IMG/VR virus record: IMGVR_UViG_3300017909_001655
Location: 1-37,560 of that record
Strand: one strand, 5' to 3'
Length of the DNA stretch: 37,560 nt
Source: a virus
Taxonomy: Duplodnaviria; Caudoviricetes
Position numbers and translations under genes: made by a program. The notes beneath the pieces are model-generated. The model was not told the DNA's origin. It worked only from the letters and a program-made list of their open reading frames with translations, and did no database searches. Shown one piece after another: positions 25,601 through 37,075 of this stretch; position 1 is the first letter of the stretch, and every line of letters begins with the position of its first letter.

Positions 25601-27280
25601 ATGGCAGCAATAGTATCAAACACATTTAGAGTTGTAAATGCAAACAACTTCAAAGAAGATGTAGCTAATAGTGCGGTATATGTTGGTATTGGTAAAGGTG
25701 ATGTATGGTCTAACTCTACATCAGATACTACTGATTTAGCAACAGCACCTACACCAGGAGACCACTTAGATGACTTTGGAGTGGCTAGGTCTAACCTACA
25801 AGGAGTAAAGAAAATAGCATCATCTAATATTTCACACGTAACAAACAGACATACATGGGATGGTGCAACATCTTATGTAGCATGGGATTCAAAAGATTCA
25901 GATATCTTTGATAAGAAATTCTATGTTATTACAAATGAGTTTAAAGTTTATAAATGTATAAAGGCTGGTTCAAGTACATCAACACAACAACCAACACAAA
26001 CTTTAACTCAACCACAAGCAGAATCTGATGGATATACATGGAAGTATATGTATACAGTATCAGTTTCAGATGCAGAAAAGTTTTTAACAAATTCATATAT
26101 GCCAGTAAAATATATTGCTATGGGCGGAGAAGGCCAGGTAGCAGTTGCAAATTCTGGTACTAGTACAACAATAATTTTAAAAGAAGTAAATGATGACATC
26201 GCAGTTGGTATGACAGTCACTGGAACTAATGTTGGTTCTGGTAAAAAAGTTAGTGCAATAAATGGTTCTCAAATTACTTTAAACTCAGCTACAACAGGTA
26301 CTGTCGCAATTAATACCATATTAACCTTCGCTTATGGTAGTGATTCAGATGCAGAAGCAAACCTAACTGAAGCTGATTATTCTCAATACCTAAACCAAAA
26401 AGCATCTCGAGATGATTCCTTAGCTGCAGGAATTGAAAGAATTGTTTTAGAAACAATTGACTCAGATGGAAATAGGACTGATTCAACAACATCAGGAGCT
26501 AACTATACAAGTGTACCTACAGTCACAATCAATGGTGATGGAACGGGTGCAACTGCTACAGCAACTGTAGCTGGAGGTGCTATCACAGGTATTACGATAA
26601 CTAATAAAGGAACTAATTACACCAAAGCTAATGTAGTTATAACTGGTGGAAGTGGTTCCGGAGGAGCAGCTAGAGCTGTTATTGCACCAAACTATAGAGG
26701 AAAAGGTAAGAGTGGTCATGGTACAGATCCAAGAGCAGAGCTTGGTGGATTCTTTATGGCACTTAACGTAAAACTAGATGGTGCTGATGGAAGTGGAGAC
26801 CTTGGCGTAAATAACGATTTTAGACAAGTAATGTTATTAAAGAATCCATTAAATGGTGCTGGTATAGCTTCACCATTAGTGGAAGGTAATATAGCTTCTT
26901 CAGATACTTTAAAAGCTACAGACTATTTAGACTTTTCAACATCATTCAGTTCTGGAAGTGGTGTAGGAGATTTTGTAGTTGATGAAGTAATTACAGGTGG
27001 TTCAGCAAACGCACCAAAAGCTTTTGTCACAGAAATAGATACAACTGATGGATTTGTATACTATCATCAAAATCAAAAAACAGGTTATGAACCATTTGAG
27101 GATGGTGAAGTAATTACTGGTGGAACAAGTGGTACAATAGGTACTCTTGAATCTCTTAACGCTGTTAAATCTTCAGAGTTAGATAGAGAATCTGGTGAAA
27201 TACTATTCTTAGAAAATAGATTACCAATTAACAGAACAGCAACACAGATTGAAGATATTAAAATTATATTAGAATTCTAA
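25601..27280 (+). CDS. gp8: Baseplate wedge subunit gp8
   Basis: [44 protein letters not shown] motifs. Confidence 0.9.
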   Translation: MAAIVSNTFRVVNANNFKEDVANSAVYVGIGKGDVWSNSTSDTTDLATAPTPGDHLDDFGVARSNLQGVKKIASSNISHVTNRHTWDGATSYVAWDSKDSDIFDKKFYVITNEFKVYKCIKAGSSTSTQQPTQTLTQPQAESDGYTWKYMYTVSVSDAEKFLTNSYMPVKYIAMGGEGQVAVANSGTSTTIILKEVNDDIAVGMTVTGTNVGSGKKVSAINGSQITLNSATTGTVAINTILTFAYGSDSDAEANLTEADYSQYLNQKASRDDSLAAGIERIVLETIDSDGNRTDSTTSGANYTSVPTVTINGDGTGATATATVAGGAITGITITNKGTNYTKANVVITGGSGSGGAARAVIAPNYRGKGKSGHGTDPRAELGGFFMALNVKLDGADGSGDLGVNNDFRQVMLLKNPLNGAGIASPLVEGNIASSDTLKATDYLDFSTSFSSGSGVGDFVVDEVITGGSANAPKAFVTEIDTTDGFVYYHQNQKTGYEPFEDGEVITGGTSGTIGTLESLNAVKSSELDRESGEILFLENRLPINRTATQIEDIKIILEF

Positions 27281-27300
27281 TATAGTTAAAGGGAAATTTT

Positions 27301-30300
27301 ATGGCAACGACTAATATTAAAAACTATAATGTGACACCTTATTACGATGACTTTGATGAAACCAAAGGATTTCATCGTATATTATTTAAGCCAGGTGTTT
27401 CAGTTCAAGCAAGAGAACTTACACAAATGCAAACCTTGCTTCAAGCTCAAATTGACAGGTTTGGTAAGTACGCATTTAAAGAAGGTGATTCAGTTATAAA
27501 TGGTGAAGTATCATTAGATGTTGAACGTGATTATATTAAAGTCGAGCCAAGTTTTACTCATAGTTCAACTACACATACAACCACAGCTGCAGTACTTACA
27601 TCTTTAGTTGGTTCAACATTAACAGGTCAAACAAACGCTGTCACAGCTACAGTAATTGGTGTTGAAGCTACTGAAGGTAGTAACGCACATACAATTTATT
27701 TAAAATATACTGGGTCCGGTACAGGTAATACATTTAAATCTTTCGTTGCTGGAGAAGTATTACAAAGTGACGCATCCGGTACTCCATTCGTAAAAGTTGG
27801 TGGTGGCTCAGGTGGAGCTTCCATAGCAGCAACAAATCCTGTCGGACAAAACGCAGTATTTAATTTAAAAGAAGGTGTATATTTCTTAAAAGGAAACTTT
27901 GTATACGTACCTGGTGGGTCAATTACTCTTGATAACGCTGGAGATAAATACTCAAACACACCAAATAATATAGTTGGTTTACAAGTCACAGAGAGTACAG
28001 TATCATCAGCTGAAGATACAAGTTTAGTTGATAACGCTTTAGGTGCTCCAAACTATTCAGCTCCAGGTGCTGATAGATATGCTATTACAACAACATTAGT
28101 AAAAGCTGCTAACGTTACAAGTATAGCAGTTTCTAATTTTGTAATCTTAGCTGAAATTAACAATGGTATAATGAAGGTTGATAAAACTGATAACCCTGAT
28201 GTACCATTGGATAGAAGGTTAGCAAAAAGAACGTTTGAAGAATCAGGTGATTACGCGGTACAACCTTATCAATTAAATATTAAAGAACATTTAGATGATG
28301 AAGCTGGTAATAATGGACATTTAACTAGTTCAAATGGTGGTAGTGCAACAAAGGTTGCTGTTCATGTTGAACCCAACACAGCATATGTTAAAGGGTTTAG
28401 AGTTGAACATACAACTACTGAACTAGATTTAAATTTAGACAAACCTAGGTCAACAACTTCAGGTGATGAAGATTTTAATACAATTACTGGATATACTCAA
28501 ACATTAAATTTTGGTAATTACGTAAAATTAAAAGCTAGTGCTTGTACAGGTGTACCAAATATTGCTAACTTTGAATCAATAAATTTACATAATGCTGCTG
28601 GTGGAGGTGGTTCCGTTGTTGGTACCGCAAGAGCTAGAGGTATGGAAACTGTAAGTGGTGATATTAGATTATATTTATTTGATATAGTCATGTCATCAGG
28701 AGCATTTGGTGCTGTAAGAAGTTTTAAACAAGGTACAACAACTTTCCAAGCTGATTTTGCAACAGGAGCTGAAGGTGTATTATTTGAAACTAATGCTAAC
28801 ACAGCTATCGTTCCATTACCATATAGAGCTATCAGATCTGCTGATGCATCAGCTACATTTTCAGTCAGAGTAAGACAATCATCAAGTACGAATGGTGATA
28901 CAATTACTGCACCTAGTGGATTAACACCAATTAACGAAGGTACTGTAGTTGCACAAAAAGTAAATGTTTCTACTGGAGCATTTGATGGTAATGTTCAAAA
29001 CTATAGCGCAAATATTTCAGGCCAAGTAATTACTTTCGGAGAAACTGCAGGTTCAGGACATAGATTTGATGTAATATATACAGCAACACTTTCAAATCAA
29101 GCAACAAAATCAAAACAATCACAAACAGTCACTGATTTAAGCGTAACACTTTCGAGTGGAAGAGCAAGTTTAGCAAAAGCTGATGTTTATGAAATAACAG
29201 ATATTAGAACAGCAGCTAGTGGCGGTGGTGTTTCAATTAAAGAACAATTTAATTTAGATACAGGACAAAGAGATAATTTCTACGCACCAGGTGCTATTGT
29301 ATTAAAGCCTGGAATTACTGCACCAACAAGTGCTATCTTTGTCACATTTAAATATTTCACACATAACACAGGAAATTATTTCTCAGCTGAATCATATCCT
29401 GATTACGATAATATACCAGAGTTTAATTCACCAGTATTAGGTAAAGTAAAACTAAGAGATGTAATTGACTTTAGACCTAGAATGAACGATGCTGGTACAG
29501 GATTTACTGGTACAGGAGCAGTTGTTCCAAGTAATGGATTCCCTGCTGATTCAACAACCTTTGGAGCTACAATAGAACATTGGATGCCAAGAACAGATAC
29601 TTTATTCATTGATAAAAATGGAGAATATGGTATTGTCACTGGCGTAACAGATCCAATATCACCAGTAGCACCTAAAGCACCTGATGATGCTATGGCAATT
29701 GCACACTTACAAGTTGCGCCTTACGTATTTAAAGTAGATGAAGATATACATCCAGTACTCATTGATAATAAAAGATATACAATGAGAGATATTGGTAGAT
29801 TAGATAGAAGATTAAAGAACGTTGAGTACTTTACATCTTTATCTTTACTAGAACAAAGTGCAGCAGATATTCAATTACAAGATACTGATGGTTCTGATAG
29901 ATTAAAAAATGGATTTATAGTAGATAATTTTTATGGTACTAAAATAGCAGATTCTTCAAACCCTGAATATTCAGTTGCTATGGATAGAAAAAGAGGTGTA
30001 TTAAGACCTCAATCAATTAATAGAAATGTTAACTTAATTAGAAAAACAAACGATGCAGTAGCTAATAGTTCAACACACAATTTAGCAGTTAAAAGTGCTT
30101 CCTTAGTTCATTTACCATTTAGTGAAACTAATTTTGTTAACCAACCATTCTCATCTGAGTTTATAAATGTAAATCCTTATAATATATTTACATGGACAGG
30201 AGTTTGTAAACTATCACCAGAGTCTGATGAATGGAAAGAAACAAACGTAGCTCCAACAGTTTATATTGACGATACAGCAGCCTTTGAGCAATTTAAACAA

Positions 30301-32559
30301 ATGGCTGAACAAGAAGGTATACTAGGAACTGTTTGGAATGAGTGGGAAACAACATGGGTTGGCGTAACCACTGAAGAAGAATTAATAGATTACTGGGAAA
30401 ATGATGATTTTAGTGGTGGTCAAACAACTCAAACCACAACGATAACAACTACAGACCAAACAAGAAGTGGATATAATACTGAGTTATCATTTGACACAGT
30501 CACAAGAAGTGATGGAACTAAAGTAATATCAGTTAACTTTGTACCATTTATACGTTCAAGAGAAATTAACTTTAAAGCACAATTACTCAAACCTAATACT
30601 AAGTTTTACGCTTTCTTTGATGGAACCGATGTATCAAACTTTGTAAGAGAAGAAACATTTAGTAATTCTAATCCATTTGAGTTCTCTGATAATTCATCTA
30701 TAAAAGACCATGGTGGAGAAACTGCTCACCATGAAGGAGCCGGAGCTCTTGTATCTGATTCTCAAGGTGTAATAAATGGTTCATTTGTTATACCAAGGAA
30801 TGATGTATTAAAGTTCTCAACTGGTGCTAGAGAATTTAGATTATCAGATGATAGTTCAAATAGAAGAAATTTTGAAACATCTTCAGCTGAAGCTCAATAT
30901 TACGCACAAGGGTTATTAGAAACTTTACAAGAAACTATTATATCTACAAAGGTTCCAGTATTAGTACATTCTGAATTATCAGAAAGTAGAACATTAACTG
31001 AAAGTGAAGTTGAAACAGAAACAACAACATGGGAAGACCCATTAGCGCAAACCATTCTTATTGATAGAAAAGGTGGAATGTTTGCTTCATCAGTTGAATG
31101 TTTCTTTAGGTCAAAGGATGCTAATATTCCTGTAAGATTAACAATACGTACAACACAAAATGGCTATCCTACTCAGAAAATAGTACCAGGAGCTGATGTT
31201 ATATTATATCCAAGTTCAGTTAATTTAGCATCTGATTTAAGTGCTAATAATGGTATAGGTAATGCTGATACAGCAACTAAATTTAGTTTCGAACATCCAG
31301 TTTATTTAGCACCTGATGTAGAATACGCAATAGTACTTACATCAGCTTGTGATAACTACGAAGTATATATTGCTAACATGGGTGGAGTTGATTTAACAGA
31401 TAATACTAAACAGATAACAAAACAACCATATAATGGTGTATTCTTTACATCTCAAAATGCTTCAACTTGGACAGCAGAACAATATAAAGATTTAAAATTT
31501 AAATTAAATAGATGTGAATTTGATATTACTAAAAAAGGTGAGATTAATTTAGTTAACGATGTTTTACCAAGTAAAAAAATTAATGTATCATCTATTGGTA
31601 CAACCAGTGGACAAAAAACATTTACAGTATTTGCGAAGAACCATGGTATGTATATTGCAGGAAGTAAGGTCACAATTACTGGAGCTACAGCTGCGGTAAA
31701 TGGAATTCCAGCTTCAGAGATTGGAACAACATCTTCTCCAGTAACGCATAATATTACATCTTTTACTCATGACTCATTCGTATGTGAAAATGCTAGTGGT
31801 AGTACTAACGCTACATCTACAGGTATTGGTGGTAATTATGGTATAGAAATTACTCAAAACTTTATGATGGATGTTGTACATCCAATGATAGAAAATATAC
31901 AAGTTCCTGGAACTAAGATTAATATGTTTATGAAACCTACAGGTGGTCGATCAGCTAGTGGTGCAGAAACAACACATGCTCTAGATTCTTCTGAAATAAA
32001 AGTTATACCAAATAGAAACTTTACATTCGCAAGACCTCGTATGGTAGCATCATCAGCTAATGAAGCTGGTCCAATGAGTGGAGCTAAATCAATGCAAATA
32101 AGATTAGAGTTAGAATCAACCGATGCTGGTCTTTCGCCAATCATTGATATGAATAGAACTTCATTATTTGCAATTCAAAATAGAATTAATTCAGATAATG
32201 GTTCAGAAGCAGTAATTAAGGATGGTCCAAACGTATGTAAATATTTCACAAAGGTTATTAGTTTAGATGAACCAGCAGATGTATTAGATGTATTCATATC
32301 AGCAAAACAACCAGCTGGAACTTTAATAGAACTTTACTCTAGAGTATGTGATTCAGATGAAGATATCGAACAAGTAGCATTTGTTAAACACGACCCTGTA
32401 AAAGCAATACCAACAGGAAAAGTATTTAAAGAAGCTCATTATCTAGTTGATAAAGCTGGCAATTTCTTCTCAAAAGTACAATTTAAGATAGTATTAAAAT
32501 CAACATCATCTGCAATTATACCAGAAGTAAAAGACCTCAGAGCAATTTGTAGTACATAG
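27301..32559 (+). CDS. VrlC-like large virion structural protein (DUF4815-type)
   Basis: PYYDDFD, FKPG..VQARELTQ, APGADR, RTFEESGDY, RYTMRDIG, DPLAQT motifs. Confidence 0.85.
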   Translation: MATTNIKNYNVTPYYDDFDETKGFHRILFKPGVSVQARELTQMQTLLQAQIDRFGKYAFKEGDSVINGEVSLDVERDYIKVEPSFTHSSTTHTTTAAVLTSLVGSTLTGQTNAVTATVIGVEATEGSNAHTIYLKYTGSGTGNTFKSFVAGEVLQSDASGTPFVKVGGGSGGASIAATNPVGQNAVFNLKEGVYFLKGNFVYVPGGSITLDNAGDKYSNTPNNIVGLQVTESTVSSAEDTSLVDNALGAPNYSAPGADRYAITTTLVKAANVTSIAVSNFVILAEINNGIMKVDKTDNPDVPLDRRLAKRTFEESGDYAVQPYQLNIKEHLDDEAGNNGHLTSSNGGSATKVAVHVEPNTAYVKGFRVEHTTTELDLNLDKPRSTTSGDEDFNTITGYTQTLNFGNYVKLKASACTGVPNIANFESINLHNAAGGGGSVVGTARARGMETVSGDIRLYLFDIVMSSGAFGAVRSFKQGTTTFQADFATGAEGVLFETNANTAIVPLPYRAIRSADASATFSVRVRQSSSTNGDTITAPSGLTPINEGTVVAQKVNVSTGAFDGNVQNYSANISGQVITFGETAGSGHRFDVIYTATLSNQATKSKQSQTVTDLSVTLSSGRASLAKADVYEITDIRTAASGGGVSIKEQFNLDTGQRDNFYAPGAIVLKPGITAPTSAIFVTFKYFTHNTGNYFSAESYPDYDNIPEFNSPVLGKVKLRDVIDFRPRMNDAGTGFTGTGAVVPSNGFPADSTTFGATIEHWMPRTDTLFIDKNGEYGIVTGVTDPISPVAPKAPDDAMAIAHLQVAPYVFKVDEDIHPVLIDNKRYTMRDIGRLDRRLKNVEYFTSLSLLEQSAADIQLQDTDGSDRLKNGFIVDNFYGTKIADSSNPEYSVAMDRKRGVLRPQSINRNVNLIRKTNDAVANSSTHNLAVKSASLVHLPFSETNFVNQPFSSEFINVNPYNIFTWTGVCKLSPESDEWKETNVAPTVYIDDTAAFEQFKQMAEQEGILGTVWNEWETTWVGVTTEEELIDYWENDDFSGGQTTQTTTITTTDQTRSGYNTELSFDTVTRSDGTKVISVNFVPFIRSREINFKAQLLKPNTKFYAFFDGTDVSNFVREETFSNSNPFEFSDNSSIKDHGGETAHHEGAGALVSDSQGVINGSFVIPRNDVLKFSTGAREFRLSDDSSNRRNFETSSAEAQYYAQGLLETLQETIISTKVPVLVHSELSESRTLTESEVETETTTWEDPLAQTILIDRKGGMFASSVECFFRSKDANIPVRLTIRTTQNGYPTQKIVPGADVILYPSSVNLASDLSANNGIGNADTATKFSFEHPVYLAPDVEYAIVLTSACDNYEVYIANMGGVDLTDNTKQITKQPYNGVFFTSQNASTWTAEQYKDLKFKLNRCEFDITKKGEINLVNDVLPSKKINVSSIGTTSGQKTFTVFAKNHGMYIAGSKVTITGATAAVNGIPASEIGTTSSPVTHNITSFTHDSFVCENASGSTNATSTGIGGNYGIEITQNFMMDVVHPMIENIQVPGTKINMFMKPTGGRSASGAETTHALDSSEIKVIPNRNFTFARPRMVASSANEAGPMSGAKSMQIRLELESTDAGLSPIIDMNRTSLFAIQNRINSDNGSEAVIKDGPNVCKYFTKVISLDEPADVLDVFISAKQPAGTLIELYSRVCDSDEDIEQVAFVKHDPVKAIPTGKVFKEAHYLVDKAGNFFSKVQFKIVLKSTSSAIIPEVKDLRAICST

Positions 32560-32567
32560 GAAATATT

Positions 32568-32765
32568 ATGGCAAGAAAAAAAGTAGAGAATCAACCTAAT
32601 TTAGAAAGGGATACCCACAGTCAAGCGATTATAAATACTAATAAGAACGCTTTTGCTAATAGAAGATTACAAAAAGCAAAAGTAAAAGCAAGGGAAGAAG
32701 AGTTTCAAATAATGAAAAACGAAATAGAGGAACTCAAGAAAATAGTTAAAAAGTTGAGTAAATAA
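32568..32765 (+). CDS. Small coiled-coil protein following VrlC
   Basis: LERD..SQAIINT, C-terminal coiled coil. Contains TATAAATA at 32630-32637. Confidence 0.75.
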   Translation: MARKKVENQPNLERDTHSQAIINTNKNAFANRRLQKAKVKAREEEFQIMKNEIEELKKIVKKLSK

Positions 32766-32767
32766 AT

Positions 32768-35700
32768 ATGCCACAGAATAGCGAAACAAGAATATTAACA
32801 TCAAATACTCTCGAACAGTTTAGACAAAAATCTAATGATATATCTTTAGATGTTGGTGATAATAAATTAATTGACTCTAGAATATTAGATAAAACAAAAA
32901 CATTTACTGCTGCAGCATCACAAACACTATTTGAAAGTGGTTCAATGAGATATGAATATAAATCTGAAGAAACATTAGATAACATATCTCATTCAGAAGC
33001 ATTACCAGTAGGAAGAGTAAGAGTATATAACGGAAGTACTGAACTTACTCAAGCTTTATCTGGTACAAATACTTTCAGAACACCAAATTATGTAGCAAAC
33101 ATTGCTTTAACTGGTTCACCTACACTTACAGAATTTGTAGAAAATGTAGAAGTATATCAAGCATCATCAGCACAAACTGATTTAACTGCATCAGCAGTCA
33201 CATTTAGAGGTAAGGTATTATCTGCTTCAGTGGCCGATGGTGTTAGATTAAAATCAGAATCAGGTACTTATAACGCAAGTGCAGCTTTAAGAGTTCACCC
33301 AGGCACAAGTGGTAATAGTACAAGTACAGATACTATTTTAGCATCACAACATACAGGTAAAACTTCAATTGATACTACGTACGGTAGAATTATTCAATTA
33401 AATAGTGGAGCTTCAAATGGTGATGTTATTAAAGTTGTATCTCATTCATTAGTAGATGCAATTAACGAAGTACAAGATGATGTTGGTGATATAACATCAT
33501 TAAATACAAATACAACTGCAGATATAGTAGCATCAATTAATGAATTAGAACTTGGTATAAGAGGTACAAGTAATAATTTAGTTGCATCTGATTTATCAGG
33601 CATGTCAGCAAATAATGTTGTATCAGCCATATTAGAACATGAAACAGACATAGGTAATATGTCACTTAACGTAGCAGCTAGCAATTTAACTGGTGCTATA
33701 AACGAATTGGAAGCTGATTTATTTAATGCAGAAGGTAGTGATAAAAGAACACTTAATAGTTTACTTACAACAGATAAAACATCAATCGTAGATGCTATAA
33801 ATGAAGTACACGATGATGCATTAGCAAGTGTTAAATTAGTTTCATCAAGTACACAAACATTTAATTCAAATTTAGTATTTGGAACATCAGGAAAAACATT
33901 TACTTTTAACTCAGGAACCACATTAGATTTAAGCCAAGCTTCTCTAGTAATTGGTGCAGGTGGAGAAAACCTAGCATTTAATACTGCATTCTTAGCACTT
34001 ACAGCAAATGATAATAGTAATACTGCTGTAAATAGATTAGGACTAGAAGTAAGAAGAGCTGGTTCTGGAGCAGATGCTAAATTACAATGGAACGAAGTAG
34101 ACCAAGTAAGTTCTAATCCTGCTCGAGCGTGGCAATTAGTAGGGTTAAACGATAGTGGTGCTTCAAATACTGCTGATATTGTCACGTTCTATAACGCAAA
34201 AGAATTATTTGCAAATAATACAGAAACAGGTATTTCAGTAGATTGGGATGCTTCAAATGAAAACTTTGATATTGTATTAACTCAAGACCCAACAATTACA
34301 TTAGGTGGAGACTTAGGTGGTTCATTAACAATGACCAACCTTGCAGGTGGAACATTAACTGCAACAATTCAAGCTGGTTCAGTTGAGAATAGTATGTTAG
34401 CAGGTTCGATTACAGCTGCTAAATTAGCTGGTTCAATACCTAATAGTAAATTATCAAATTCATCTTTTGAATTAGATGCAGATTCTGGTACAACAAACTC
34501 AGTAAATCTTGGAGAAACATTATCCATAATAGGTACATCTGGAGAAGTAGAAACTTCAGTAAGTGGAAATGCTGTCACAGTTGGTTTACCAAGTGATGTC
34601 ACAATAGGAAATGATTTAACAGTCACAGGTGATTTAATAGTTCAAGGCGATACCGTCACATTAAATACATCAACATTACAAGTTGAAGATACATTAGTAT
34701 TAATGGGTAATAGTGGTACACTACCAACAACTGGTGGATTTGGATTAGAAACAAGATTATTTAGTGGAAGAGCTAACCAAACAATTAACAATAGAACTTG
34801 GGATAGTACTGGTAAACATCCAGGAGCAGCTTCAAACGTAACTGGTTCTCACTCTATTGTATTTAACTTTGCATATGACCCAGGTAGTGGACAACCAAAA
34901 GGTAGATGGGAAATGGATGGTTCACCATTACTTTCAGCAGCTACTGCAGGTACTCCACAGATTGAAGGTCAATCGTTTGGAACAGGAGATAACTTAGTAT
35001 TCTCAGCAGGCACTGGATTAAGTGAAACAGTAGTAAACTCAAGTGGTACAAATACAGTCACATATACAAATACAGATTTAGGTTCATCACAAAATATATT
35101 TAAAAATGTTTCAGCTGATAGTGGTACAAACGCTGTAGCTGATTCTAATAATGATACATTACAAATTTTAGGTGGAACAGCTTTAGCATCAGTAGGTGAT
35201 GCAAGTAATGATAGAATAACTATTAATCACTCAGACGTTGGAGCTGGTGCAGCAACTTATGGACAAACCGGTTCAGAAGATGGTCAATATATTAAATCAA
35301 TAATTGTAAATGCTCAAGGTCACGTAACTGCAGTTACGTCTGATGATTTCGATAACAGATATGATAACTATGGAAGTTGGTCATTAACAGCTGACTCAGG
35401 TGGTACTGCAACAATTAGTACTGGTAATACAGTAGATATTCAAGGCGGTACAGCACTTACAACCACAAGGTCAGGCGATAATATTTCAATCGCATTGGAT
35501 AACACATCGGTATCAGCAGCTGCGTATGGAGGTAATTTACAATTTAATACCTTTACTGTAGATGCTCAAGGTAGATTAACAGCAGCAGGAAATGGTTCGA
35601 CATTAAGTGCAACAGGATTAATTGGGTTATCTAACAGTGGTGTGATATCAACATCTGCAGATAATTATAGTCATTGGAATTTTACAACAGATACATCTGG

Positions 35701-36514
35701 TACTGAAACAGTCACAAGTCAAGATACCGTCACAATACAAGGTGGTACTGGTATTACTGTATCACACAGCGGTGATGTTATAACAATTACAGAAGATGTA
35801 CCAAACTCAGATACAAATACGAGAACTCAAATTTTAGCAGATTCTGGAGGTGGTACTAACTTTAGTGGAACCACTAATAACCAGGTTACGATTAGGGGTG
35901 GCACATCTATAAGTACATCATTCAGTGCTGGTGTTGTCACAGTCACTAACCTCGCCCCTGACCAAACAGTATCATTATCAGGTAGTGGAGCAACAAGTGT
36001 TAGTGGTACATATCCAAACTTTACAATCAGTTCAACAGATAATAATACACAGTACTCGGGTACAAACGGAGTAGCTCTAACTGGTACAACAAATTCAAGT
36101 GGCCATTTATTATTTGATTTATCAAATACTTATACACCAGCTGGTGGTACATATACCATCACTGGTGAGATTAGAGCAACAGGTGATGTTGTAGCTTTTG
36201 CATCAGATGATAGATTAAAAGATAAAGGCGATAACATTGAGAACGCTTTAGATAAAGTTAAACAATTAAATGGATTCCATTTTAACTGGAATCAATTAGC
36301 ATCAGATTTACAAATTGGTAAAACTGATAGAGATATGGTTGGTGTAAGTGCACAGGAAGTAGAAAAAGTATTACCTGAAGCTGTTTCACCAGCACCAGCT
36401 GATGAAGAATATAAAACAGTTCAATATGAAAAATTAGTTCCTTTATTAATTGAAGCAATTAAAGATTTAAATGCTGAAATAGAAGAACTAAAAAGTATAA
36501 ATAAAAAGGTATAG
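32768..36514 (+). CDS. Tail fibre protein with C-terminal intramolecular chaperone (peptidase S74)
   Basis: N-terminal TLEQFRQKSN, repeated SxVxAINE and ADSG modules, GDVVAFASDDRLK...GVSAQEVEKVLPEAV...LLIEAIKDL. Confidence 0.88.
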   Translation: MPQNSETRILTSNTLEQFRQKSNDISLDVGDNKLIDSRILDKTKTFTAAASQTLFESGSMRYEYKSEETLDNISHSEALPVGRVRVYNGSTELTQALSGTNTFRTPNYVANIALTGSPTLTEFVENVEVYQASSAQTDLTASAVTFRGKVLSASVADGVRLKSESGTYNASAALRVHPGTSGNSTSTDTILASQHTGKTSIDTTYGRIIQLNSGASNGDVIKVVSHSLVDAINEVQDDVGDITSLNTNTTADIVASINELELGIRGTSNNLVASDLSGMSANNVVSAILEHETDIGNMSLNVAASNLTGAINELEADLFNAEGSDKRTLNSLLTTDKTSIVDAINEVHDDALASVKLVSSSTQTFNSNLVFGTSGKTFTFNSGTTLDLSQASLVIGAGGENLAFNTAFLALTANDNSNTAVNRLGLEVRRAGSGADAKLQWNEVDQVSSNPARAWQLVGLNDSGASNTADIVTFYNAKELFANNTETGISVDWDASNENFDIVLTQDPTITLGGDLGGSLTMTNLAGGTLTATIQAGSVENSMLAGSITAAKLAGSIPNSKLSNSSFELDADSGTTNSVNLGETLSIIGTSGEVETSVSGNAVTVGLPSDVTIGNDLTVTGDLIVQGDTVTLNTSTLQVEDTLVLMGNSGTLPTTGGFGLETRLFSGRANQTINNRTWDSTGKHPGAASNVTGSHSIVFNFAYDPGSGQPKGRWEMDGSPLLSAATAGTPQIEGQSFGTGDNLVFSAGTGLSETVVNSSGTNTVTYTNTDLGSSQNIFKNVSADSGTNAVADSNNDTLQILGGTALASVGDASNDRITINHSDVGAGAATYGQTGSEDGQYIKSIIVNAQGHVTAVTSDDFDNRYDNYGSWSLTADSGGTATISTGNTVDIQGGTALTTTRSGDNISIALDNTSVSAAAYGGNLQFNTFTVDAQGRLTAAGNGSTLSATGLIGLSNSGVISTSADNYSHWNFTTDTSGTETVTSQDTVTIQGGTGITVSHSGDVITITEDVPNSDTNTRTQILADSGGGTNFSGTTNNQVTIRGGTSISTSFSAGVVTVTNLAPDQTVSLSGSGATSVSGTYPNFTISSTDNNTQYSGTNGVALTGTTNSSGHLLFDLSNTYTPAGGTYTITGEIRATGDVVAFASDDRLKDKGDNIENALDKVKQLNGFHFNWNQLASDLQIGKTDRDMVGVSAQEVEKVLPEAVSPAPADEEYKTVQYEKLVPLLIEAIKDLNAEIEELKSINKKV
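36496..36503 (+). promoter_or_regulatory. T4 late promoter
   Basis: TATAAATA 16 nt before ATG 36520. Confidence 0.7.
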
Positions 36515-36519
36515 AATAA

Positions 36520-36855
36520 ATGGCGGTTTACTCTAATTTAACAGTCGATCAAGGGACTGATTTTACAGCATCTGTAGATGTGACCGATACTGATGGAGAC
36601 GCGTTAAATTTAACAGGATTCACAGTAGCAGGACAAGTCAGAAGGAGTTATTATTCTTCTACTGCAACAAATCTTACATGCGCTGTAGCTAATGCCACAT
36701 CAGGTGTTATAACAGTTTCATTATCTGCTGCTCAATCAGACGCTATGAAACCTGGAAGGTACGTATACGATGTTGAAATTACAAACTCTGGTGGAGTAAA
36801 AACTAGAGTTTTAGAAGGTCAAATTGAAATAATGCCAGGCGTAACTAAGATTTAA
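36520..36855 (+). CDS. Ig-like virion structural/adaptor protein
   Basis: NLTVDQGTDF...GRYVYDVEI...TRVLEG...PGVT pattern of T4-like fibre-adjacent proteins. Confidence 0.75.
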   Translation: MAVYSNLTVDQGTDFTASVDVTDTDGDALNLTGFTVAGQVRRSYYSSTATNLTCAVANATSGVITVSLSAAQSDAMKPGRYVYDVEITNSGGVKTRVLEGQIEIMPGVTKI

Positions 36856-36857
36856 AT

Positions 36858-37073
36858 ATGGCAAATATAAAAGCAAAAATAAGAAGAAATCCTGATAGAA
36901 TAGTAGCACAAACCATTAAAGTTGGTAATTTGTCCTTAACTGATTTATCAGATATTGATGCATCACAAAACACAGATGGTGCTATGTTAATATACAATGG
37001 TACAACAACTAAATTTACATTAAAGCCTGAGATAGGAAATAGTAATACAATATTTAATGGAGGCACTTACTAA
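36858..37073 (+). CDS. Small fibre-associated protein
   Basis: LTDLSDID...DGAMLIYN repeat, ends GGTY. Confidence 0.7.
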   Translation: MANIKAKIRRNPDRIVAQTIKVGNLSLTDLSDIDASQNTDGAMLIYNGTTTKFTLKPEIGNSNTIFNGGTY

Positions 37074-37075
37074 AA

